Position numbers and translations under genes: made by a program. From contig CAZRSB010000005.1 of assembly GCA_964602715.1 (NCBI GenBank), forward strand, positions 1,105 through 65,104: a stretch of 64,000 bases of DNA, read 5' to 3'. Source of the stretch: an uncultured Thermoplasmata archaeon. GTDB lineage: Archaea; Thermoplasmatota; Thermoplasmata; Halarchaeoplasmatales; Halarchaeoplasmataceae. Positions 21,224-30,956 of this stretch are shown here, piece after piece; within the stretch, counting starts at the first letter, position 1, and each line of letters opens with the position of its first letter. The notes below the pieces were generated by a model. That model was not told the DNA's origin and ran no database searches. It saw only the letters and a list, made by a program, of their open reading frames with translations.

Positions 21224-22039
21224 ATGGGCAAAAAGAAAATCGGTTTTCAAGGGATTAAAGGATGCAATAGTTCGGTTGCCGCAAAAAAGTACACAAAATC
21301 AATGGATCAAGTGGGCTTTAGAACATTTAAAGAGATATTTAAAGAATTAGAAAAGAACAATCTCACATTAGGAATTCTTCCAGTGGAAAATTCATTAACT
21401 GGTGGAGTAATAGAAGTGAATAAACTTCTGATAAAAAAGGATGTTAAAATTGTAGGCGAATTAAAATTACCAATAACTTATGCTTTACTCTCCTACGAAG
21501 ACAGAACAATTGAAGAGATGGATAAAGTCTTCTCTCATCCCCAAGCCTTGAGCCAGTGCTCTCATTTTTTGTCAAATCACGATTTAGAAGTTATACCACA
21601 TTTTGATACAGCTGGAGCAGCCAAAATGCTTGCTGAAGAAGAAAAGAGAAAAGCGTGTGCTATCGCAAGAACGGAATGTTCTGATTTATTCAATTTACAT
21701 CAGATCACTAATGAAATAGAAAATAATGATGAAAATAAGACCAGATTTGTAATTATAAGTAAAAGTGGTGAACAGAAAGGAGATAAAGCTTCAGTTGTAT
21801 TTTCGGTTCCTCATAAACCAGGAAGTCTACAACGAATACTCAAAGTATTTGAAGATCATAATATCAATCTAACTCGTATAGAGTCAGTGCCAATCACAAA
21901 TCAATCATGGAAATACTATTTTTTCTTAGATTTTGAATTGAAAGATGAAAGGCAACAAAATTTCCAGCTAATAGTAAATATATTGGAAAAAAAAGTAAAT
22001 TATTTTAACTCTCTTGGCTGCTATTATGCCCACAAATGA
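21224..22039 (+). CDS. pheA: prephenate dehydratase
   Basis: PVENS, SHPQALSQC, DTAGAA, NKTRF, NLTRIES ACT domain. Confidence 0.9.
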   Translation: MGKKKIGFQGIKGCNSSVAAKKYTKSMDQVGFRTFKEIFKELEKNNLTLGILPVENSLTGGVIEVNKLLIKKDVKIVGELKLPITYALLSYEDRTIEEMDKVFSHPQALSQCSHFLSNHDLEVIPHFDTAGAAKMLAEEEKRKACAIARTECSDLFNLHQITNEIENNDENKTRFVIISKSGEQKGDKASVVFSVPHKPGSLQRILKVFEDHNINLTRIESVPITNQSWKYYFFLDFELKDERQQNFQLIVNILEKKVNYFNSLGCYYAHK

Positions 22040-22190
22040 CTAAAAATCAGTGACTCTTTACTAGTCTAGTTGTGATATAATATGAATTCGACGACTGATA
22101 CAAAAACGAACGTAATGTCCCACCAATATATATTTACCTATAGAGTTATGTTGGATGAGATGAGAAACATTTTTACGTATATAAAAAGGA

Positions 22191-22264
22191 AGCCACCGGT
22201 GGGATTTGAACCCACGACCTGCTGATTACAAGTCAGCCGCTCTGCCGGCCTAAGCTACGGTGGC
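22191..22264 (-). tRNA. tRNA-Thr(TGT)
   Basis: Reverse complement folds as a cloverleaf: GCCACCG acceptor, GCTGA-CTTGTAA-TCAGC anticodon arm, GTTCAAATC T-loop. Confidence 0.95.
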
Positions 22265-22394
22265 GAGTGGAACGAGTAGATTCCAAGATATTTATAGTGG
22301 AACCTTTTTTATTCAATAAACCCCAAATGGTACCCCAAAATAAGATTTTTGGTTAACTCCAAGCAGATCCTTAGAATATCAAATGACGAAATCA

Positions 22395-22555
22395 GTAAGA
22401 CAATTATTTAAATGTAATACTTAATTAAAAAATCCATCATGTTTTAGATATTGATAATCACTTCGGGAAAATATTTATATATCTCGGACACATGTAGTAT
22501 AATGTCCTACAATAAGGGGATATTAGTAAGACAATACGGAATACTCGTAAGACAA
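22395..22555 (+). promoter_or_regulatory. promoter with repeated GTAAGACAA operator-like boxes
   Basis: GTAAGACAA at 22395, 22526 and 22547; inverted near-copy at 22503-22510; TTTATATA at 22474. Confidence 0.55.
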
Positions 22556-22580
22556 AACTTGTTCAGAAGGTGTTCGAAGG

Positions 22581-22964
22581 ATGGAAAAAAAGATCTCTCT
22601 GCGGGTGTCAGACGAAGACCTTGAAGTCATCGATTCATTCATAGCAAGACATGACTTCAGTAATCGATCTGAATTTTTGAGAGAGGCAGCTTTAGAGTAT
22701 ATAGAGCGTTATGAACCACCTGTCGGACAGGAAGAAGTACCTCAAAGGATCACATTGCCTAAACAGATCAAAAATAACATACATTATCTGATCAATGTTG
22801 GTCATTACAACGACTGGCAGGATGCAGTTCATGAATTAGTTAGAGAGGGATTACTTAGTGAAGACATCGAAAAACTGAAAAAGCAATATGATACAGTAGG
22901 GGAATTGAGCAGTAAAGTGGAGTCTTTTAAGAGGATGGCGGAAGAAGAGTATATGAAAAGATGA
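22581..22964 (+). CDS. ribbon-helix-helix regulator (CdrS-like position upstream of an ftsZ homolog)
   Basis: KISLRVSDEDL...NRSEFLREA RHH; a second RHH-like segment (RITLP...WQDAVHELV). Confidence 0.75.
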   Translation: MEKKISLRVSDEDLEVIDSFIARHDFSNRSEFLREAALEYIERYEPPVGQEEVPQRITLPKQIKNNIHYLINVGHYNDWQDAVHELVREGLLSEDIEKLKKQYDTVGELSSKVESFKRMAEEEYMKR

Positions 22965-23016
22965 TCCCGTTATTGTAGGTGGAACATACGACCCCCTAAT
23001 ATCGGAGGATTAATAG

Positions 23017-23862
23017 ATGGAAGATAAGAACCCCGAATACCCTGGACCTGATGAAGAATTTATAAGTGAAACGGCAGAACAAGTACTAGACTCTCTATTG
23101 TATGATGCAAACATCTTCGTTGTAGGTGTTGGCGGATGTGGATGCAACGCTGTTGAATATATAACGGATCAAGAAATGGAAAGTGTAAAAACAATAGCGA
23201 TAAACACAGATGAAAGAGTCCTAGGAAGCCTAAATGCAGATAAACAGATGCTAATAGGTAAAGAAGTAACCGATGGGAAAGGAGCTAATGGAGATCCTTC
23301 AGTAGGAAGGAGAGCCGCTGAGCAGAGTGAAGGCCAAATATTGAAAGCTATAGATGACGCGGATATGATCGTTTTAGTAGCCGGCGTCGGTGGAGGAACC
23401 GGTGGAGGAGCTTCTAAAGTGATAGCGGATATTGCTAGAAGAAATGGAAAGATGGTAGTTACTTATGCTGTGATGCCATTTACAGTCGAGAAGACGAGAT
23501 ACGAAGTTGCCGAAAACACTCTAGAGAATATATCACAGAGGAGTCATGCAACTACTGTTTTCGAAAACGATGAAACCCTGGTAAGAAGTGATGAAAAAGC
23601 TAGTGATGGATTTGGTATGGCTGACAGGATGCTTCATAGACTTGTAAAAAAACTGAAGATGAGCTATATTAGAGAATTTTTCGAAGAAATTGGATTAGAC
23701 GCTGTTGGGTTATCTGAAAGCGTTGCCGATTTTGAAGAAGAAGAAAAAGAGAAAAAACCACAAGACCTTCCTGTACTTGAAGCATTAAAATACGTGAGTG
23801 AAAGTGACGAGGAAAAAAAGGAACCCAAACTAGATAATACGCTAGAAAGTTACACTCCCTAA
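23017..23862 (+). CDS. truncated FtsZ/tubulin-family GTPase
   Basis: VVGVGGCGCNAV, AINTD, GKGANGDP..G, GGGTGGG, MPF; no canonical C-terminal FtsZ domain, acidic tail instead. Confidence 0.8.
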   Translation: MEDKNPEYPGPDEEFISETAEQVLDSLLYDANIFVVGVGGCGCNAVEYITDQEMESVKTIAINTDERVLGSLNADKQMLIGKEVTDGKGANGDPSVGRRAAEQSEGQILKAIDDADMIVLVAGVGGGTGGGASKVIADIARRNGKMVVTYAVMPFTVEKTRYEVAENTLENISQRSHATTVFENDETLVRSDEKASDGFGMADRMLHRLVKKLKMSYIREFFEEIGLDAVGLSESVADFEEEEKEKKPQDLPVLEALKYVSESDEEKKEPKLDNTLESYTP

Positions 23863-23988
23863 AAGTTCTGAAAAAACTTTTATTTCTTCTCTTTTTTAAA
23901 TATTATTGTTTAATAATTCATAGGTCTTATCGAATTGGATCTTTCACTTTCTTTAGAATAAAATAGAAAATTTTTCCCTCGATATATG

Positions 23989-24396
23989 TTATCGATTGCT
24001 CAAGGAAGTTTCTTCTGTGCTCATTACCTCGATACTATCGGGATCTCTTTCCCACTCTTCATCAACATATTCTGTTTCGACAATAGTCGATATACCACCT
24101 CTAACATTCCAATCTCCTCTAACTTTCATATACCTAGGTTCTATACGCTCTACGAGATCTTTTAAGATTTTATTAGTTGCGGTTTCATGATATATCTCTT
24201 TATCTCGATAACTCACAAAATAAAATTTTAAAGATTTCAATTCTATCAGATATTCATTAGGGATATAGGTGATAGAGATAGTTGCAAAATCTGGTTGTTT
24301 GGGCTTATCAGGGCAAAGACATGTAAATTCTGGACTGACGATCTTGATTTTATAATCTTTTTCTTTAAACTTGTTTTTGATTGTTTTCAATTTCAT
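23989..24396 (-). CDS. queF: NADPH-dependent preQ0 reductase, unimodular
   Basis: EFTCLCP (catalytic Cys), PDFA, ELKSLKFY QueF motif, HE, RGG; start at MKLKT. Confidence 0.85.
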   Translation of the reverse strand: MKLKTIKNKFKEKDYKIKIVSPEFTCLCPDKPKQPDFATISITYIPNEYLIELKSLKFYFVSYRDKEIYHETATNKILKDLVERIEPRYMKVRGDWNVRGGISTIVETEYVDEEWERDPDSIEVMSTEETSLSNR

Positions 24397-24554
24397 CTTA
24401 TCACATAAGGTAAAAAAAGCAGTATAATTAATTCTTTCTTTTACAAAAACATTCCTCGCATGCTTCACCATTTGCTACTCTCAAAGTTTATATATGGGTA
24501 CTAATATTTAGAAATCCTTCCTATTCAGTTCATTGTATATTGGAGTGATCATGT

Positions 24555-25502
24555 ATGAAAACAGCATTAGTCGCATTGGGTGGAAATTCACTAAAAAAAC
24601 CAGAAGATGAAGGGACTGCAGAAGAACAGTTTGAGATGATGGATAAAACATGTGATTTATTAGCTGAAATGATCAAAGGTGGTTATGATCTTGTTTTGAC
24701 ACATGGAAATGGTCCTCAGGTAGGAAATATTTTAATCCAAAATGAAAATGCTTCTGATATTGTACCTCCGATGCCATTAGATATTTGTGTAGCCCAATCC
24801 CAGGGTCAGATAGGATATATGTTTCAACAAACTTTGAAAAAAAAACTAGCTGAAAAAGGTGTAAATAGAAGTGTTTCTAGTATAATTACCCAAGTAGAAG
24901 TGGATAAAGATGATCCCGCTTTTGATGAACCCTCAAAATACGTTGGCCCCATCTATTCTCAAGAGGAAGCTGAAAAACTGAAAAAGGACAAAGATTGGAA
25001 TATAAAAAAAACAGCTACTGGAGATTATCGCAGAGTTGTTCCATCTCCACGACCTAAAAAGATTATCGAATCGGAGACCATAGAAGAACTAGTTTTTAGT
25101 GAAAAAAATAATCACATTGTGATCTGTTCGGGCGGCGGAGGAGTCCCCGTGATATCTGAAAACAACAAATTGAAAGGAGTTGAAGGAGTGATCGATAAAG
25201 ATAGGGCAAGTTCTGTTCTCGCTACAGACATAGATGAAGAATTTCTCATAATGCTGACGAATGTGGATAACGTGTATATAAATTACAACAAAAAGGATGA
25301 GAAAAAACTAGATTCTTTGACTGTGAATGAAGCTAAAAAGTATCTCGAAGAAGGTCAATTCCCTTCAGGTAGTATGGGACCCAAGATAGAAGCTTCGATC
25401 TATTTTTTGGAAAATGGAGGACAAAAAGTACTTATCACAAGTCCTGAAAATTTAAACGAAGCATTAAAAAAGAAATCAGGTACTTACATATATCCTGAGT
25501 GA
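24555..25502 (+). CDS. arcC: carbamate kinase
   Basis: ALGGNSL, THGNGPQVG, RRVVPSP, GGGGVP, VIDKD, GSMGPK. Confidence 0.93.
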   Translation: MKTALVALGGNSLKKPEDEGTAEEQFEMMDKTCDLLAEMIKGGYDLVLTHGNGPQVGNILIQNENASDIVPPMPLDICVAQSQGQIGYMFQQTLKKKLAEKGVNRSVSSIITQVEVDKDDPAFDEPSKYVGPIYSQEEAEKLKKDKDWNIKKTATGDYRRVVPSPRPKKIIESETIEELVFSEKNNHIVICSGGGGVPVISENNKLKGVEGVIDKDRASSVLATDIDEEFLIMLTNVDNVYINYNKKDEKKLDSLTVNEAKKYLEEGQFPSGSMGPKIEASIYFLENGGQKVLITSPENLNEALKKKSGTYIYPE

Positions 25503-26638
25503 AAAAGATGACCGGAGCAGATCGGGTCAATTGCCTATCTGAATCTGTGATTAGGGAGATGACTAGGAAGGCAAAAAAACACGGAGCTATCAACTTATCT
25601 CAAGGTTATCCAGATTTTCCTATTAGTGATGAAGTAATAAAAGAAGCAAAAAGGGCAATAGATCAGGATATGAACCAATATTCCATCACATGGGGTTTGG
25701 AGGAATTGAGAAAAAAAGTTTCTGAAAAGTTAAAATCTTTTAACGATTTGGGTTATGATCCTACATATGAAATCACTATTACTTGTGGTTCTAGCGAAGC
25801 TATGATGTCGAGTAGTCTTGGTCTAATAAACAATGATGATGAGATTTTAGTTTTTCAACCATTTTATGAAAATTATGTTCCCGCTATCACAATGGCCTCT
25901 GGAAAACCAAAATTTACCACAATAGATGAAGATTTAGGTATAGATGAAGAGGATATCAAAAAAAAGGTATCTAAGAACACGAAGATGATTGTACTGAACA
26001 CTCCTCATAATCCTTCAGGGAAGGTTTTTGGAAAAGATGATTTAAAATTTATCAGAGACATCTGTGTCGATAATGATATCTTATTGATAAGTGATGAGAT
26101 ATATGAAAAGATGGTTTATGAAGGAGAGCATATCTCACCTGCAACTCTTCCAGATATGAAGGAAAGAACGATCACTATAGGAGGATTTTCAAAGATATAC
26201 TCAGTTACAGGGTGGAGAGTAGGTTATGCTGCAACGACTGAAAAATTGATGAAGCCTATCCGCAAAGTTCACGATTATACGACAGTTTGTGCTCCGACAC
26301 CATTCCAAAAGGCAGCTATACGAGCATTGAATCTATCCTCAGATTATTACGAAGAGATGCTCGACTACTATAAAAGAGGTAGAGAAATAGTTTTTGAGGG
26401 ATTGATCGATACTAGGATGAAACCAGTAAAACCTGAGGGAGCTTATTACATGTTAGCAAGTATAGAGAATTACGATATGACAGATAAAGAATTCGTTCAC
26501 TGGCTTGTCAAAGATAAAGGTGTTGCAGTTGTTCCTGGATCATCATTCTATTCTGAAGGTGGAGAGGATCTGGTTAGATTCTGTTTCTCTCAAGAGATCG
26601 ATCTATTAAAAGAGGCTATGAAGAGAATTGAAGAATAG
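25499..26638 (+). CDS. class I/II PLP-dependent aminotransferase
   Basis: NLSQGYPDF, NTPHNPSG, DEIYE, SKIYSVTGWRVGY. Confidence 0.88.
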   Translation: MKKMTGADRVNCLSESVIREMTRKAKKHGAINLSQGYPDFPISDEVIKEAKRAIDQDMNQYSITWGLEELRKKVSEKLKSFNDLGYDPTYEITITCGSSEAMMSSSLGLINNDDEILVFQPFYENYVPAITMASGKPKFTTIDEDLGIDEEDIKKKVSKNTKMIVLNTPHNPSGKVFGKDDLKFIRDICVDNDILLISDEIYEKMVYEGEHISPATLPDMKERTITIGGFSKIYSVTGWRVGYAATTEKLMKPIRKVHDYTTVCAPTPFQKAAIRALNLSSDYYEEMLDYYKRGREIVFEGLIDTRMKPVKPEGAYYMLASIENYDMTDKEFVHWLVKDKGVAVVPGSSFYSEGGEDLVRFCFSQEIDLLKEAMKRIEE

Positions 26639-26643
26639 ATTTT

Positions 26644-27156
26644 TCACTCTAAGATGTCACCTGGTTTTCTAAATTCTCCACTCCAATAAAGAACTGAATT
26701 TTCTCTATCCATCTTTTTAGATTTCCAAGATTTCAATACTTTCCCGATGAACCAATAATGGTCTCCTGTTTCGATCTTCTTCTCGAGTTCACATTCAAAA
26801 GATAATGGACATTCCTTTACAGTGGGTATTACAGTTTTTCCACTTTGATCTTTTGAAAGACCAAATTTTTTGAACTTATCTACATCCTTTCCCGTTGTAC
26901 TTCCGCATCCTTTTATCTCTTCTAACATCTGTTCGTTAGGAACATTTACAGTGAATTGCTCCTTCTCATCTATTAAGGAAAAAGAATGTCTCTCTGGGGC
27001 TATACCTACTCCTATCATCGGAGGGTCAAAAGAAAATACATGGGTAAGAGCAACCGTTATAAGATTTGATTTATTCCCTGCTCCACAGCCAACTAAAACA
27101 GTTGGAAATGGAGGTAAAAAGCGAATTCCGTCCTTGGGTGGCAATTCTTCTTTCAT
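26644..27156 (-). CDS. flavin reductase-like / flavoredoxin family protein
   Basis: SFDPPMIGVGI, FTVNVP, ECPLSFEC, GDH. Confidence 0.82.
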   Translation of the reverse strand: MKEELPPKDGIRFLPPFPTVLVGCGAGNKSNLITVALTHVFSFDPPMIGVGIAPERHSFSLIDEKEQFTVNVPNEQMLEEIKGCGSTTGKDVDKFKKFGLSKDQSGKTVIPTVKECPLSFECELEKKIETGDHYWFIGKVLKSWKSKKMDRENSVLYWSGEFRKPGDILE

Positions 27157-27246
27157 GTTTACAGATATACAATAGGCCTAATAATTCTTCTCCTGAATCA
27201 TTCCTACCTTAAAAGATTTATATATCAATTGTACCTAAGAGAAAAT

Positions 27247-28485
27247 ATGATTGAAAGACCGCGTGGAACGAGAGACCTGAAACCAGAGATTATGGAATCA
27301 AGACGATGGTTAGAGAGCAAACTTAGAGAAAAAGCTGAGAGTTATGGATACAGAGAAGTATTGACCCCTACATTTGAGCATACAGACCTTTTTCTTGAAA
27401 AATCAGGCCCCTCAATAGTGGAAGAGATTTACTCTTTTAAAGATAAAGGAGGAAGAAAGATAGCTTTGAGACCAGAGTTCACCGCTTCAGTTATGAGGAT
27501 GTTTTCGCAGTGTCTTAGAGAAGAACCCAAACCTCTAAAATTATACTATTTTGGATCCGCTTTTAGATACGAAAGACCACAATCAGGAAGATACAGGGAA
27601 TTCTGGCATTTTGGAACCGAATTGATAGGTGCAGGATCACCTAAAGCCGATGCAGAGAACATCGCTCTAGCTTTTAACTCTATAAAAGAATCAGGTTTAG
27701 AAGAAATGGAGATGAGAATTTCTCACCTTCAGATATTAGAGGATTATTTAAGATCTCATGATATCTCAAGGGAAGATAGGGAAGAGATCTACCATATAAT
27801 AGATAAACAAGAGGAAAATGAGGAATTATTAAATAAGTTCGATCTTGACGAGATTTTTTTTGAATTATTAGATGCTCCCTTTGAAAGCATCCCTGACCTT
27901 ATCGGAGAAACTGAAGCTTACAAGTATCTAAAAGAAGTGTTGGATTACCTTTCTTATTATGGAATCACAGGAAAAGATTTTGAAATAGACTTAAGGACTG
28001 TAAGGGGTTTGGATTACTACACAGGTGTTGTTTTTGAGATCGATGCAGAAAAATTAGGTGCTGAAAAACAGATATGTGGTGGTGGAGATTATAACCTAGG
28101 AGATCTATTTGGTATAGATATATCTTCTAAAGGGTTTGCAATAGGTTTTGATAGACTTCATCTTGCGTTGGAAAAAGAGAAAGAATTAGCCGGTTCAAAA
28201 AGGAAGGGTTGTTATATCATACCAATAGGTGAAGAGAGTCAAGAGTATGCATACGATGTGTTGTTTGATCTAAGAGCTGAAAAAATCAAAACAGACATAG
28301 ATCTAAAAGATCGAAATATAGGTAAAGCTTTAGGATTCGCTGATAAGACAGAATTCAAGTATTCATTACTTATCGGAGAAGATGAAGTAAAAAACAAAAA
28401 GGTCGCTTTAAAGGATATGGATACAGGTGAACAGATCCAAATCGATAAAGATAAAATAGTAGATGAGGTCAAGTCTGATGGTTGA
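27247..28485 (+). CDS. hisS: histidine--tRNA ligase
   Basis: RGTRD, LRPEFT, FRYERPQSGRYREF, RGLDYYTG. Confidence 0.95.
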   Translation: MIERPRGTRDLKPEIMESRRWLESKLREKAESYGYREVLTPTFEHTDLFLEKSGPSIVEEIYSFKDKGGRKIALRPEFTASVMRMFSQCLREEPKPLKLYYFGSAFRYERPQSGRYREFWHFGTELIGAGSPKADAENIALAFNSIKESGLEEMEMRISHLQILEDYLRSHDISREDREEIYHIIDKQEENEELLNKFDLDEIFFELLDAPFESIPDLIGETEAYKYLKEVLDYLSYYGITGKDFEIDLRTVRGLDYYTGVVFEIDAEKLGAEKQICGGGDYNLGDLFGIDISSKGFAIGFDRLHLALEKEKELAGSKRKGCYIIPIGEESQEYAYDVLFDLRAEKIKTDIDLKDRNIGKALGFADKTEFKYSLLIGEDEVKNKKVALKDMDTGEQIQIDKDKIVDEVKSDG

Positions 28486-29101
28486 TTTAAGTACTAAATA
28501 TCTCACTGGTCGCGTCAATAAAATAGTTCTGATATTGGCGATCTTAACGATTATTTATACTTCTAGTCTTTTTGTGGCTCCATTGACACTAGAGTCAGGT
28601 ACAGTTGAGGAACTAGATGGAGCTGCTAATAGAGTGGTTTATAGAGAAGAATGGGATGAATTACATATGTATCATCGAGCTATATATTATTTTGGTGATT
28701 TTAATTGTCATCAAAAACATTATCGATCTTATAGTTTGGGAGGAAATCAGATGCCAGTTTGTTCAAGAGATGTAGGCATCTTTGTGGGGGCTAGTATTGG
28801 CCTATTATTGATGAGTTTTGCCCGAGGTGCAAAAGATTACAAAGATATATTGATCGAAAACATGAATTTAGATCCTACTATGTCAGATGATAAGAAAGTA
28901 GTGATCTTATTGATAATTGGAGCAATTCTAGCTTTGCCTCTTATTCTCGATGGGAGCATACAGATGGTAACTGATTATGAGAGTTTTAATGAATTTAGAA
29001 CTTTTACAGGTCTTCTTTTTGGATTTGGATTTTCTGTCTTCGTATCCTCCTTGCTCCTTTCATTACCTATAGTTGAGAGATATGATGAAACTCATCAATA
29101 A
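28478..29101 (+). CDS. DUF2085-like membrane protein
   Basis: CHQ...RS...QMPVCSRD.G motif and several hydrophobic helices. Confidence 0.7.
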   Translation: MVDLSTKYLTGRVNKIVLILAILTIIYTSSLFVAPLTLESGTVEELDGAANRVVYREEWDELHMYHRAIYYFGDFNCHQKHYRSYSLGGNQMPVCSRDVGIFVGASIGLLLMSFARGAKDYKDILIENMNLDPTMSDDKKVVILLIIGAILALPLILDGSIQMVTDYESFNEFRTFTGLLFGFGFSVFVSSLLLSLPIVERYDETHQ

Positions 29102-29176
29102 AAGATGCGAATATTAGAGGAAATGTAAGGCAAAGCTTAAATACGAATTACTAACTCCCAAGCGTGAGGAATTACG

Positions 29177-29557
29177 ATGACTCACTGGCAAGGTAAATCC
29201 AAACGTAAGATAACAGGCGGAAAAAGAGTATATCATCGAAAAAAAAGAAAGTTCGAGATCAGCAGCGATTATGAATTTCCAGTGATAGCTGAAGATAGGA
29301 GAAAAATTATAAAATCTAGAGGTGGAAATCATAAAGTCCGAGTGGTCGGATCGGAGAGAGCTAATGTAGCTGACCACAACGGAAATGTAGAGGAACTAGA
29401 GATCAAGAACGTAAGTGAAAATCCAGCCAATCCTAACTACGTTCAGAGAAATATATTGACTAAGGGCGCTATAATCGAAACAGAAAAGGGCAAAGCTAAA
29501 ATAACATCACGACCTGGTCAAAATGGAGTAATAAATGCTGTTCTGATCGAGGATTGA
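29177..29557 (+). CDS. rps8e: 30S ribosomal protein eS8
   Basis: WQGKSKRKITGG, RGGN, NPAN, TKGAII, SRPGQNG. Confidence 0.95.
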   Translation: MTHWQGKSKRKITGGKRVYHRKKRKFEISSDYEFPVIAEDRRKIIKSRGGNHKVRVVGSERANVADHNGNVEELEIKNVSENPANPNYVQRNILTKGAIIETEKGKAKITSRPGQNGVINAVLIED

Positions 29558-29558
29558 G

Positions 29559-29852
29559 ATGGTTAGGAAAGAGAGAAAAACCTGGATAATTTATCCAGAA
29601 TATTTCGATAAGACTCGTTCGAGATCTGAAAGCCGAAAAGTACCTATAGATATGGCTATCGACTCTCCAAAAATAGAAGATTTAGGGGAAATTTTTGACG
29701 AAATGGACATCCCCAATCGGATTGAAGAGCATCAGCACCATCCATCAAATTGGTTTAAAAAGAAAGGAAGAATTATCATTCCCAAGCAAAAAGGCAGCAA
29801 ACTGGACCTTTTAAAAAAAGTTGGGAAGAAGTTGAAAAACTCACGAAAATAA
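29559..29852 (+). CDS. srp19: signal recognition particle protein SRP19
   Basis: IYPEYFD...SRSESRKVP, HP..W...GR. Confidence 0.88.
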   Translation: MVRKERKTWIIYPEYFDKTRSRSESRKVPIDMAIDSPKIEDLGEIFDEMDIPNRIEEHQHHPSNWFKKKGRIIIPKQKGSKLDLLKKVGKKLKNSRK

Positions 29853-29856
29853 AATA

Positions 29857-30900
29857 TCATGGGGTTTCTCTTTTTATTCTCAAATAATCAACACCTTCAT
29901 CTTTGATTTTAGCGTAAAGAAAACTTTTTCTTACACTATGTGCTACCCTTACAGCTCTACTCACCTGATACCACTCACATTCATAGTTCTCATCGACGGG
30001 CTGAACTATATACTCAGCGTGAGTATTATCTGGTTTATCATCATAGACTCTAAAAGGAGCACCATATTTAAATCCAGTTTTTGGGATCAAACTTCTCTCT
30101 CTCATATCTTTATAAACCTTGTATTCGACCTCAAATTTTTCTATTCTTTTTTTGTACATGGCTTTCAACTCATCAGCTTCCACTTCTTCATCGGTTTCTA
30201 TACGCCTGACTTTCAACGAACTTTTTTCTGTAAGATATAGTGTTTCATAGGTCGATAATCTGAGAGTTTCGTTGTCTTTAAACCCGTAAAACTGTTCATC
30301 GTGTAGCGATTGAAAATCCTCTTTTACTATAGTTTTATCTCCAAATAGGACTCCTTCGAGGGGGTTTTTTATTTTTTGACCTACCTCTCCCTTTAAGTCA
30401 ATCGTCGAAAATAAGTAATAAGTGATATCACCTTCTTCATCTACTAAAGCTGTCATCATGGTTTTATTCAAATTTGAGATCTTGTTTTTATCTTCTATTA
30501 TTTTATTGATCTTAAAGATGTCATTTTCTCTATATGAGCACAACCAATACTTTGTAGGAGTCTTGCTAGGTCCTCCTCCTCTTGGAAAAATCCTAAAAGA
30601 TGCGGGATCAGATGCTTTTTTCAGTACATATCCCCTTCTCCTCATATCTTTGTATGGGAGGTACTCTCTATGAAAATCGTCTTCTGGAATCTTTCCTATT
30701 ATATCTTCTTTTTCTAATGGATCTCCTGATCCGTCTTCAATTTCGAGCCGGTCAGTTTCTAAAAGATATAAACCTTCGTACAGATCAAGTTCTAACCCAT
30801 TGTTAGAAAGAGGTTTTCCGAAGTACCCTTTATTGTAAAGGCGGTTGCCTTTTTTTCCGTCTCGAACCAAAATTTTATCGTTTTTTAGTTCTCCTGTCAA
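29857..30900 (-). CDS. endA: tRNA splicing endonuclease, fused two-unit (alpha2) type
   Basis: Two tandem units; KTGFKYGAPFRVY...HAEY and RVAHSVRK catalytic Y/H/K. Confidence 0.92.
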   Translation of the reverse strand: MTGELKNDKILVRDGKKGNRLYNKGYFGKPLSNNGLELDLYEGLYLLETDRLEIEDGSGDPLEKEDIIGKIPEDDFHREYLPYKDMRRRGYVLKKASDPASFRIFPRGGGPSKTPTKYWLCSYRENDIFKINKIIEDKNKISNLNKTMMTALVDEEGDITYYLFSTIDLKGEVGQKIKNPLEGVLFGDKTIVKEDFQSLHDEQFYGFKDNETLRLSTYETLYLTEKSSLKVRRIETDEEVEADELKAMYKKRIEKFEVEYKVYKDMRERSLIPKTGFKYGAPFRVYDDKPDNTHAEYIVQPVDENYECEWYQVSRAVRVAHSVRKSFLYAKIKDEGVDYLRIKRETP

Positions 30901-30956
30901 GTATGATCACTCAATGTTAAGGAAAGGAATTATAAAAGTATGTTCTTTATCGATAG

